Below, one piece after another: positions 14,812 through 26,502 of a DNA stretch of 64,000 nucleotides (its first letter is position 1; each line of letters starts with the position of its first letter). The stretch is from the human T2T-CHM13v2.0 reference genome, Homo sapiens, in assembly GCF_009914755.1 (NCBI RefSeq), contig NC_060944.1; one strand, 5' to 3'. The notes under the pieces were generated by a model that was given only the letters and a program-made list of their open reading frames with translations, searched no databases and was not told where the DNA came from. The position numbers and the translations under genes were made by a program.

Positions 14812-15285
14812 GGGTGGAAGTGCCAATTATCCCCCAGTGCTATTCCCTGCGTATTCCCCGTGATTGACCTTTGCTTGTTAAGTGGCACATGGCAGCCCCA
14901 AACAAAGCAATTTTTCCCATCTCTCCTGTTCATAAGTGAGACCATGGATCTAAGTTCTCATTCAGTTAGTCTTAAGAGGAAGTGACAGCTTCCGGGAAAT
15001 ATATTCAAAAGGAGGTGGTGGGTGCTTTTATGTCTCTGGCTCTTCCTTCCTGATGGCTGGAATGTCGTTATAATGTCTGGTACTCCAGCAGTAATTTTGG
15101 ACCATGAGGTGATCATAGGGATGGGAGCTGTACATGGGGAAGCAACAAGGCAGAGGGAGCCTGGAACCCTGCCCCTCTGTCCACCATGTCAACTTGGGCC
15201 TCCCAGTGCCAGACTTAGGAAACATCACCCACTGTTATTTTGGGTTTTCTATCCTTGCAGTCAAATACTAATCTTAATAAAGACA
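14812..15285 (+). mobile_element. MLT1J-like LTR
   Basis: gctggaatg...ccagcag..attttggaccatgagg...agcaacaaggcagagggagcctgg. Confidence 0.7.
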
Positions 15286-16844
15286 GAGTGGACTTCTACT
15301 ATCTCCAGGCCTGCAGTGAAACACAGGATATAACAATACCAGCTCCCTTGTCAGGGTTGGGGTTGGAGGAGGGGCTCTGAGGATGTGACCACTGTGTTGA
15401 TTGGTGCTGATGCTGGAAATGAGTGTTCCACTATAAATCAGGGTCTGCTCCAAAACTCAGAACAAGAGATACCGAGAGAGAGCAACCTGGTGGGGTGATG
15501 GCATTTGTTTCAAAGCTGAATTTACATTGGTAGAACGAAGAATTTAGGTTGCATTGCAGATCAATGTAAACAGCTATTTGGAAAGGTTGCTTTTCATCAT
15601 ATTTTCTTTAGATCGAGAAAATGTCAATTAATGAAAACAGATGCTTTACTACTGCTTATTTGTGGTGACTTTTGAGGAAGAATAATGGATTTTATGTGGG
15701 GGAGGCAGGCTCAAGCCCTCCATGAACTCCACCCGCCCCACATCTTGACCCCTCCACAGCTATAAGCATTTTTCCTCTTTGCCTTGACCTTTCCCAAGGC
15801 AACCTAGCAGAACAGTTGAAATGGCACTTCGTTGCTCTTAAGGAAACACCCCAACACCCCATACCTTTGCTATAGGTAGCATTTGCCCTTGATCCGGAGT
15901 AGATTTGCCAAACCATTAGAACAACTGCTGACCTGTATAGAAATTCTTATGGTCTGAAATTAATAATGGTGGAACTTTCTCAGGACTGTTAGGAAAAGTA
16001 TCTTTTGGCTTTTCTTTTTATGTGTTCTCTAAGAAGCCATCATACATTGTGCCTCAGCCTCTGCAACCCCTGAACCTGCTCTGGGTATTCATAGCACACT
16101 CTTGACTAATGCTTACCTCTGTCTTTGCATGCACCGGGCTGCATTCTAGTCCCTCCCTTCCACGCTCCCTCCCTTTCTTTCTTCTTTCCTTCTACAATAT
16201 TTACTTAGAGTCTACAATATTTATTTAGGCATTTTCTAAGCACTAGAAAGATGGCAGGCAACAAGACACATTAAAACAGTACATTCCTTCATAGTTTCAC
16301 TAAGCTTTGGCCCTTGAATGCCCTTAGGGAAGAGTCATTTATGACTTTAGCTAAGGTTTAATTTTAATATATTAAAATGAGGTCAGGATGCAGAAGGGGA
16401 GCCCCTTTGTCAACTCGAATCCAGATTTTACATGATCCTTGACCTTATTCCTCTGATACACCTGGAAATTCTTGTGAAAGTAACAACAACAATAACAAAA
16501 CAACTACAAATTTGCTTGTGTTGACAAATATGATATGAACAAGAAAAACCTACAGGTGATGAAAGTTGAAGGACAAGTGGAGATTTAAAAAAGGTGGTTT
16601 TTAGTTAGAAAATAGAGCTTTTAAATAAATTGAGGAGTGGAAGAAAGTATTCAAATGATGTCTTGCGTCTATGACTTTGTTTCTATAAATGAATGTAGAT
16701 AAAATATTTGGAAAACCCAGCCCAGTCAGGGAAGACATTAGATTTTAAAACAGAGATAGATAACTAAAGACTCAAAGAATGGAGGATCCATGGGGCATCT
16801 GGAAGGTGGAAATTCACAAAGGACATGCCCTTTATCAACATAGG

Positions 16845-17255
16845 ATGGGTATCCTTCAGGATGGGCTAGGAAGCAGCAGTAACTAACAACCCCAAGTATC
16901 AGTGCCTTAACACACTAAAGCTTATTTCTTGCTTGTGCCATAAATGCAGCAGGCTATCTAGGTGGAGTGGGGGAAACACTCTGCTGATAGCAGTCACCCA
17001 TGTACCTAAGTTGAAAGAAGCAGCACTTCAACAGTGACCCTCATCACTGCAACAGAGGACCAGAATATGGTAAATCACTCAGTGCCTCTTAAAGCTTCCA
17101 CCTGGAAGGAACACCTGTAACTTTTGTCTACATTTCATTGTCTAACGCAAACCACATGGCCATGCCTTCCCTTAGGGTAGGCAGGGGTTACCATCCTACC
17201 ACGTACCTGCCAAGCAGAGCCTCTGAATTCATTGTTGAGCTGCACCAATGTCTAT
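16845..17255 (-). mobile_element. MLT1J/K-like LTR
   Basis: taacaaccccaagtatcagtgccttaacacac...catttcattg...cacatggccatgcc. Confidence 0.7.
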
Positions 17256-17844
17256 AGCGGTGTGTGCACTTAACCCCAAGGATGCCAGTCTCCCACTGCA
17301 CAGGCAGCTCCTTGAAAGCAGAAACCCCTCATACAGCTCCTCAATCACCCCGTTCAGCCAAGGGCTTGGCACATAGGAGGTTTTCAGTAAATGTTTGTTG
17401 TACTGAATTGATCTCCATTCCACGTACTTCCCGAAACCTCTCATGATTTATTGGTAAAATTTTCACCCTTAATTAGTGAAAAAAGAAACTCTTTCTATGA
17501 GTTTATAAATTATTTACCTTACAAAGCCCTTCTGAGCTCTTCGAGCACACTGTAAATAATTTATGTTCATACTTGTGTGATTTCAAATTTGTTTATTAAT
17601 GTTATCTTGGAGATAGAAAACAACCTAAGTGAAACCATCCTAACTTATTTTACAGATCACTTGGAACAAGAAAAAAAAGTGCTTTTCTTCTCATGTGGAA
17701 ATGTTATTGACCCACCATTAGAGGGTGTGAAGGCCCAGTTCTTTCCCAATGTTAAGCAAATATTTCTGCTGGCCTGAGCCATGACATTCACGCCCATTTA
17801 GTGAATTCCTACTCTATCCACGTAATGAACTAACACGTTGAGTC

Positions 17845-18895
17845 TATAGTACTCAATATATCCAGCCCTGGATCCTTCTCCTGAACCTCAGCCTGTTTCT
17901 CCAACTGCCCTCTCCACATCTCCACGTGGATGCATCTCATTAACACTGCAAACTTAATGTGTCCAAAACAGAGCCCTTAATTTCCAGCCTCCTACCTCAC
18001 AGCTCCCAAAGTCTTTTCCCATTTCAGAAACTGCAAACTCCATCCATTTTACTGCCCATGTCACAGACCTTACATATAGCTTTGACTTTGTGCCTTCTCT
18101 CATGCCCCGTATCTAATCTTCTGAAATATTGTTGGTGCCACCTTCAAAATATATCCAGACTCCAGTCGCTTTTTACCATCTCCACTGACACCACCGGAAG
18201 CCACCCTGCCTTGATTGCTTACCTGGTTTGTTTGTAGTGGTTGAAACGGGCATTCCGTTTCTGTCACTGGCCCTTGCACTCGACTTCTGTGTAGCATCCA
18301 AAGGAAGCCTTTTGAAATGAAGTCACTTCTCTGCTCAAAACTCCCCAGTGCCTTCTGTTTGTCAAGCCATGGAAAAGTCAGAGTCCTCCAGTGGCCGATA
18401 AGGGCCTACGTGGTTTGCATCCCATGCCCCCAACTGCTCCTACCATCCCGTGTCCTATCCCTCTTCCCCTCACACACTCTGTCCCAGCTATGGAAACCTC
18501 TTAGGGTTTATGTGAACCTTCTGTGAACATTCCAGCTCTGCTGCAGCTTTAAGACATTTGTGTTTGCTGTTTCCTCTGACTTAAATGGTTTCCCTTCAGA
18601 GAGCCACATCTTTCCTTCTGCCCATGGCTCTAAGTCTCTGCTCAAATGTCACCTTGACACTGAGGCCTGCCCAGACCTGCCTACCTATGGGGCAAACATG
18701 TCCTGTCTCCTTCACATTGCTCTCTCTTTCTCCGTAACGCCTGTGTATTTACTTGTTTATTTATACAATGCCCCCCAGGCCCTTTCTAGAATGTAAAAAT
18801 AGTGCAGGCTGGGCTTTGATCATTTATTTCAATGCTGTCTCCCAGCCATCAAATAGAGATAGCCCGTAGTAGAAGCTCAATAAAGACTTGCTGAA
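17845..18895 (+). mobile_element. L2a, about 1 kb 3' portion
   Basis: aaacttaatgtgtccaaaacaga (LNxSKTE RT remnant, ORF 17959-18237), ctctgctcaaaactcc, gctcaataaagacttgctgaa. Confidence 0.85.
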
Positions 18896-19129
18896 AAAAA
18901 AATTATAATATGTAATTTTATTGTTCATGAGTTATTTCTCGTCATTAAGTATTAGTTTTCCAACTAAACTACAACATCTTTTCAGCAGAGACTAACATGG
19001 ATTCCTTGTAATTCTCTTTGTTTCCAAATGCAAAATGGTCAGGGAATAGATTGCTGATAGTTGGGTGATGTCTTCCACTTTTCCAAGAGGGTTGACTCTT
19101 CTTGCAGAACATTCGTCACCAGAGATTGT

Positions 19130-19824
<695 letters not shown>

Positions 19825-21084
19825 AAAAAAATCTAGTCTAGTGTTTCCCAAACATATTTGGTGACATCAGTGAACATCATGAGGACCAGTGTTTCTGAGC
19901 ACAGGTTTTGAGAATCCTCCTCCTGTTCTTTATTCCCGGGTCTCCTCTCCTGGCCTCTCTCTAGGTGCCGTGTTGATTTTTTTTTTTAATTTAAATTTAA
20001 AGATACCTCTTCCAGTATAGCTTTCAAGCTGAGCCTGGAGACATCTCCAGCCTCACCCCACTTCACTTCGCCCTTGAGTCGATCCTCTGGCAGCACCAGC
20101 TGCTCCCTTGGCTGCACGGTTCTTTCCTGTTTTATTTCACTCAGACAGATCTTTCCTCTTTAGGGTGCTCTCTCCTCATCTTGGTTTTTCCAGCCTTCCG
20201 CAATTCCTTCAGTCTCAGCTTGGGTGCCCTGTCCTCCATGAAGCCTGCCCAGATTTCTCGGATGGACTAAGTGCCCCTTTGCTTTCACTCCCTGGTGGGG
20301 AGTGGGGCAGTTGGACCTCCACGGAGCACTCATCGTGCTCTCTGTGGCCGTCTACTTTGGTTTCTGTCCCTGCTCAAGATCCTGAGGGCTCCTCCTTGAG
20401 GGCAAGCTCAAGGTCTCCTCATTTATCCTCAGAACTTTGGACCTTCCAAAGTACGTATTAGGTAATTATCTGCATGGACCTTTAAAACTGAAGCTGAAAA
20501 CATGTACCAAATCCACCCTTAAGAACCCCCCCTCCCGCTGCCTTAGGGCTTGGAGGCAACACCAGTAAAAACAAGTAAAAAACGGGGCAGGGTTTATTTA
20601 AAAAAAAAAAAATGGTGTGAAGAGCTCAAAGAAACATCAAAAGTCAATTTTTCAACGATGTGCAACTCTCCAAGTCAGAAAAATTTAATTTTAGGAAGAA
20701 TAAGGCCAGGATGGATTGAAAATGGAATGATTTGAACATAGAATGTTTTGGCTCCAGGGGACGTAATAAACAGAGGACAGAGACTCCAAAGGATAGAGTG
20801 CCGAGCATTCACAGAAGCAGGGGATGCATAACATTGGAGCTTTTATCCAATACCAGGATGTGCATTCTTGGTTTTAGTAATATGTATGTATTTTAATGAG
20901 TATTAGAAAAAAAATTGGATTCTCCTATTTATGGTCACACTATCATAAGTTTCCTGACTTAATGCTTTTATTTGATTCAGGTCAAAGAAAAAAGTATAAA
21001 GACAAATTAGGACAGGTGGTATGTGGGTGGCTGATATACCAATGACTGATGCTGGGAAAATATTTTAAGAAACTGGACTGGTGA

Positions 21085-21645
21085 TTGAGAAACCAGTTTT
21101 CCTGCCCTTTGGATACACAAACTTGCTTTGCTGTTCCTGTTGAGGGATGTTTGAATTAAGTGATGCTGCTCCTTCATATAGCTGATTGGACCAAGGGTGT
21201 TCTCCTGGCCTAAGTTGGGCCAATCCGATTCTCCTTTTCAGGAGTTTAGCTTTGGGACCCAGGGAGACCTAATGAGAATTCCGAGTGTGGTGTGGTGACT
21301 TGGTTGTCCTGTGGTTGCCATATTTTGCTATGTGAACTGAGAAGCTTAGATAGCTATGAGATATAGAAGGGAGAGTGAGATACAGAAGGGAGAGAGGGAT
21401 ACAGGGAAAGAAAAATAAAACAGATGCACAGAGAAAAGCAGAAATGACAGGCAGAGGCCCTGGTCACAGTTCTTTTCCAGATTCGAGTTCCTCCCTCGTC
21501 TGGCTGCAATCTTACCATTGGGTTTTCTGAGACACACTACCATGCTGATAACAAATCTCCACCTACCAACCCACTTCACCCCCAGCACTTGTCTCTTAGG
21601 CTTCTTTGAGTTACTACTGTTCCTTGCAGCAAAAACCCTCTATCA
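21085..21645 (+). mobile_element. MLT1L-like LTR
   Basis: gctgattggaccaaggg...aagttgggccaatccgattctcc. Confidence 0.6.
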
Positions 21646-21714
21646 ATGACTATCAAACAGGTAACTTACCTTCTGTGGACCTCAGTTACTTCATCTGGAA
21701 ATGGCAGAAGCTAG

Positions 21715-22095
21715 CTAGTTTTCCCGAAAGTCAGGTCACACACCACTGGAGTAAATTGAGAAGACTCTAGGTGATATTTAGGTCCAACACCAAATATTGT
21801 TGAATTGCATAGTGATTCCATTTCTAAATGTCTTCCAGTCCTTCTGATTATATGTCAAGGAGAAGTTCAGTTTTATTCTAGTAGGTTTTCTTAAATGCTT
21901 TTCTAATGCTTTTTCTCTTTTTAACAAAGAGAAATGAGACTTCAGATAGGGAGATTTAAAGGCTATAATAGCCAGTTAGAAATTGGAATTTTTTTTCATT
22001 GAATTCATTTTTTACTGTTATTATTTATCATAAAATTATTTTAATTCTGGTTTTTCATTTATGGTAGTGAGATACAACTTCCTTTAAAAATAACT
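21715..22095 (+). mobile_element. hAT-Charlie-type relic
   Basis: ttgaattgcatagtga, cttctgattatatgtcaaggaga, tttaacaaagaga; related to the antisense copy at 54815-55375. Confidence 0.5.
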
Positions 22096-22104
22096 TTAAG
22101 ATGG

Positions 22105-23526
22105 GGAGAGAAAAACCAGCTATTCCTTACAGTGGAATTCCAATTATAAATTCTGAATGACAGAAATAGAAAGTCACCATTTGGCCAACACCACAGTAAT
22201 TATTATTGCAGGCAAGAATCATCAGTGAATGCTAAAATTAGTGGGTAAAATTAAGGTGAGAAACAGGATATTTGCATAGTCTCATAGTCTAAAAGAATCT
22301 CCCCAGAAGGCACTATTTAGTACAAAGGAAGAAATAATACCTTTACAGTGGAGAAGAGGCTGACACTGCTTTCATCAAGAGACCAAAGTTAATAGTACAT
22401 TAAACACCCCTGATATGAGGCACTGAGAAGGCGCAGCACCACTGTCAAAAATTGTTGACTTCAGGCTAATCATGAGTAAACATCAGACAAATGTAAACCG
22501 AGAGATATTTTACAAAGTAGCTGGTCAGTGCTCTTTGATCATGTTGAGGTCCTGAGAGACAAAGGAAGACTGAGAACCTGTCACAGATTGGAGGAGACTA
22601 AGGAGGCATGACAACTGCACACAATCCTGGCGTGGATGTGCTTTGAATCCTGGGTTGGGTCTTGGTTTAGGTCCTGGGTTGGGTCTTGGTTTAGGTCCTG
22701 GGTTGGGTCTTGGTTTAGGTCCTGGGTTGAGTCTTGGTTTGGGTCCTGGGTGGGGTCTTGGTGTGGATCCTGGGTTGGGTGTTGGTTTTGATCCTGGGTT
22801 GGGTCTTGGTTTGGGTCCTGGGTTGGGTCTTGGTTTGGGTCCTGGGTTGGGTCTTGGTTTAGGTCCTGGGTTGGGTCTTGGTTTGGGTCCTGGGTGGGGT
22901 CTTGGTGTGGATCCTGGGTTGGGTGTTGGTTTTGATCCTGGGTTGGGTCTTGGTTTAGGTCCTGGGTTGGGTCTTGGTTTGGGTCCTGGGTGGGGTCTTG
23001 GTGTGGATCCTGGGTTGGGTGTTGGTTTTGATCCTGGGTTGGGTCTTGGTTTGGATCCTGGGTTGGGTCTTGGTGTGGGTTTGGGTCCTGGGTTGGGTCT
23101 TGTCTTGGGTCCTGGGTTGGGTCTTGTCCTGGGTCCTGGGTTGGGTCTTGGTTTGGGTCCTGGGTTGGATCTTGGTGTGGATCCTGGGTTGGGTCTTAGT
23201 GTGGATCCTTGGTTGGGTCTTGGTTTGGATCCCTGGTTGAGTCTTGGTTTGGGTCCTGGGTTGGGTCTTGGTTTGGATCCTGGATTGAGTCTTAGACCAG
23301 AAATGACATTGATGGGCATTTGGTTATATTTGAGTAAGATCTGTAAATTACTGAACAGTATTATATTTATGTTAATTTCCTGCTTTTTAATAATTGGACT
23401 ATAGTTATGTGAAATGGAAGCATTTTGGGAATCTGGAATCTGGGTGAAGAGTGTACAGGTATACTAGTTTTGCAACTTTTTTCCCTCTAAGTCTGAAATT
23501 ATTTCAACATGAAAACCTAAAACAAA
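22105..23526 (+). mobile_element. L1MC-type 3' end interrupted by a minisatellite
   Basis: ctttacagtggagaa, aatcatgagtaaacatcagacaaa, agattggaggagactaaggaggcatgacaact before the array; gaccagaaatgacatt...atgttaatttcctg...taagtctgaaattatttcaa after it. Confidence 0.85.
22646..23293. repeat. G-rich minisatellite, about 27 copies of 24-bp unit GGTCCTGGGTTGGGTCTTGGTTTG
   Basis: Units counted from sequence and from the 8-aa periodicity of ORF 22643-23404; one unit has a 6-bp insertion. Confidence 0.97.
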
Positions 23527-23552
23527 CTGTAAAAATTTCATTTCTTCCTAGA

Positions 23553-23741
23553 CCAATGGTTCCCATGTGGATCAATTATGCCTTTTGGGGGACATCTGGC
23601 AATGTCTGGAGAAATCTCTGGCCGTTGCAACCAGTGGGTAGAGGCTAGGGATGCTGCTACACATCCTACGGTGCACTGGGTGCCCCCAACAACAGAGAAC
23701 TATCGGGCTCAAATATCATCAATGCTGAGATTGACAAACTG
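23553..23741 (+). mobile_element. MER20 (hAT-Charlie)
   Basis: gggacatctggcaatgtctggaga...gggtagaggctagggatgctgctacacatcctac. Confidence 0.88.
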
Positions 23742-24624
23742 TTCTAGAACAACTGTTCTAGAACAAATATATTTTTTAAAAATAATATAAACACAAGGGA
23801 TGTTAAGAGAATAATAATATAGGAGTTGTGTGACTATACTGCAGCTGCTATACAAGTGTCTGAACCTCATTAGAATTGATTCTGCATTTCTACCTGGGAC
23901 TAACATTTTGGAGTCTATGAATTCAGGGGCAGTGTCATTCAAGGTTAGAGGTGCCAGGTGGGAAGCTTTGTGACTGCTCACTGCAAGTGGCCATCATTAG
24001 TAAACTATTTTCTTTCTTTCCCTTGGTCCAAAGCGAGTACATCAATCTGACCATTTCTAATGAGATATAGGATGATACTGCGTGGACAAGACTTGCTGTC
24101 AGCCACTGCCTGGTGGGCTTAGAGAAAGAAACGATCCTTCATTAATTAACCTTCACTTTCTATGTAGATTCACTCATTGAGATGCAGGTAATTAAACCAA
24201 GGTCATTTCAAGGACTGACAGGAGGAAAAAAACCCCAGCCGTTGGAAGGCGGTGCAGTTTTTTTGGGTAGAGGACTTGGAATTCTATTTTTATCTTGTGC
24301 AGAATTGTGGAATCGTCTTTTCTTGGCTTTTAAATAATCTAACCTTGTTTTAATGGGAGATTCTTAAATTCATCTCAAAACTGTATCTCAGAAATTTTTA
24401 AAGATTTAGGTTATTGTAGGTTATAGATAACCTCCTGTGGGTTTCAGGAATACATGTTAGGGCAAAAATTTAATTTAGGGGAGCTAAACCATGTAAAGGA
24501 AGGGAAATAGAATTATGTTTGAGAGACGAAGACCCATTTTATTGGAGGGAGGAGAGGAGTGCGATTGCTATTCTCTCAGTTTGAATTCTGCAGTTCTTGA
24601 TTTTTATTGCTTGTAATATTGGGC

Positions 24625-24820
24625 CTGTATGATATATTATAGTGGTTAAGAACATGATTTAGAGTTGGGTAGATATGATTTCACGTCTTAGCTCTACCAT
24701 AGACTCGGACCCTGGGTAATTCATTTCACTTATTTAGCTTTGGTTTCCTCATCTGTTAAATGGGTCTAATGCTGGTCCTTACTCTCAGGGTTGTTGGCAG
24801 GATTCACTGTAATAGCTAGA
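24625..24820 (+). mobile_element. MIR
   Basis: atagtggttaagaacat...tttcctcatctgttaaatggg. Confidence 0.75.
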
Positions 24821-24869
24821 AAAGGATCCATTCTCAGGGTGCACATAGGGATGATAGTTACCTCTTAAG

Positions 24870-25085
24870 AAATGTTTGCTATGTGCCATGCGGTATTCCA
24901 AGGACTTTACTGCCTTCCATCAACCTTCTGAGTTAGGTTCTGTTATTGTATGTTTTATACATGAGGAAACTAAGACACAGAGAGGACAAATAATTTGCCC
25001 AAGACACCACAGCCATTAAGTAGCAGAGTTGGGAGTTGAACCTAGTTGGGTGGTTGATCTTTACACCCACACCATACCATCTCAA
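24870..25085 (-). mobile_element. MIR
   Basis: catgaggaaactaagacacagagagg..aataatttgcccaaga. Confidence 0.8.
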
Positions 25086-25308
25086 GTGCATAAACTGTTG
25101 GCTCTTATTATTAGTATCATCCTTCATTATACCTTAAAAATACATTGCTAAAGCAAATCCACTCAGGCATACTTTTCTCTTGGGGAAAAAGGTGGTTCTT
25201 GGGTGGTAGAATGAATGAGTTCCTTGAGGCCTACAATAGTCATATCACAAATTTAAGAGAATGCCCATTTGGCTTATTAATAAAAAATATGTAATTGCCA
25301 TTGGGGCT

Positions 25309-25327
25309 TATCGCCACCTCGTGGCAG
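25309..25327 (-). promoter_or_regulatory. CTCF binding motif
   Basis: Minus strand reads CTGCCACGAGGTGGCGATA, matching core CCASNAGRKGGCR; two CpGs retained. Confidence 0.6.
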
Positions 25328-26502
25328 GCTGAGGCATGACAAGACAGCCTTGGCTGCCCTGTTGGCATTCCTGCAAATTTCCTTTTCTATCCGGGCCCTG
25401 AAAAGAAAATGTGCTTTGAAAAAAGATGTCTGCCATGTCACAGTCTCAAAGCCACTTCACCATCTGAAGGGAATGTATTTGGAATTGAGGTGTTACATTA
25501 AAGTTCCAGTATTACAATAGAAGCCAATGACATTTGGCTTATCAGTGTCCCTTAAAGGAGATTGTATGAATTTCTCCGCGTGCCTGGCTAAGCACTTTAC
25601 CTTTAATCATAAAGGCGAAATGCTTAATTTGTTAAACATATACAGAATCAGAAGTAGGGCCATTCACTGTAGCTAATATCGCTTGCAGTTATTAAAGTCA
25701 GTTTTTATCTGTTTAAACAGATCATAAAAAAGTAAAATCTGAAATAAAGGACTAACTCCCTCCTTCCTATAATATTTAATACATATTCAAAATTCCGATT
25801 AAGAATCAGTGCAAACCAGAAGAGAGAGAATAGCTTAAAAGGCAGAAATAAAGTTTCAGTTTAACCACTATTTGTGTTCTAATTAAGGCTGGCCAACCTT
25901 TAAATGATGCAGTGTTTTTCATTAACTCACACGAAAATCATATCAAATCAGAATTCTTCCTCCACTACACCCCAACACATTCTTTGGTGTTTTATAAAAC
26001 AGCAGGCTCATTTCTGTCCTGTCTTGACTACTCCCAACCATATGTAAGCTGAGGAAATGCCTCTAATTTACCACACTTTTGTTTCTCTTATTTTTTTTTG
26101 TTATTCTTACTCTTTTCTTCCATTTTATGATATGCAAGGTTCAAACAATCCTGCATGTTAGAAGCGAACATTACTCTGTGTGCAGTCTTTGGCTCTTGTA
26201 ACATAAATGTAAACTGCTTGTCTTATGGCAGAAATACCTCTTAACCCTTCAATATTAATGTATTTTATTAATTTAAAAATTACAAAGAGGACTACTGCAT
26301 GATTTTGTAATATTTCATGAAGACATGTATAGAAACCTCTATCCTTCCACTTCTAATGATATGGGAACACCAGTGTTAAGAGCTTGATGTATGTGGGTCT
26401 CTATTGTTGCCTGTGCCCATACAAAGACACACAGCATATATACACACATTTAACCTCCCTGTGCCCTGGCACCTGTTATCTGTAGAGTGAGGGATAATAA
26501 TA

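Noticed and set aside
22646-23293. VNTR as an interstitial telomere, a collagen/elastin/PPE-like gene or a CRISPR array
   Set aside because: No TTAGGG runs (hexamers are GGGTTG, GGTCTT, GGTTTG, GGTCCT); no unique spacers; DNA-level identity including third codon positions and the location inside an L1 relic indicate a tandem repeat, not a selected protein
23741-23764. Heat-shock element from repeated TTCTAGAA
   Set aside because: The two copies are 14 bp apart, out of phase with the 5-bp nGAAn register; only two contiguous units each
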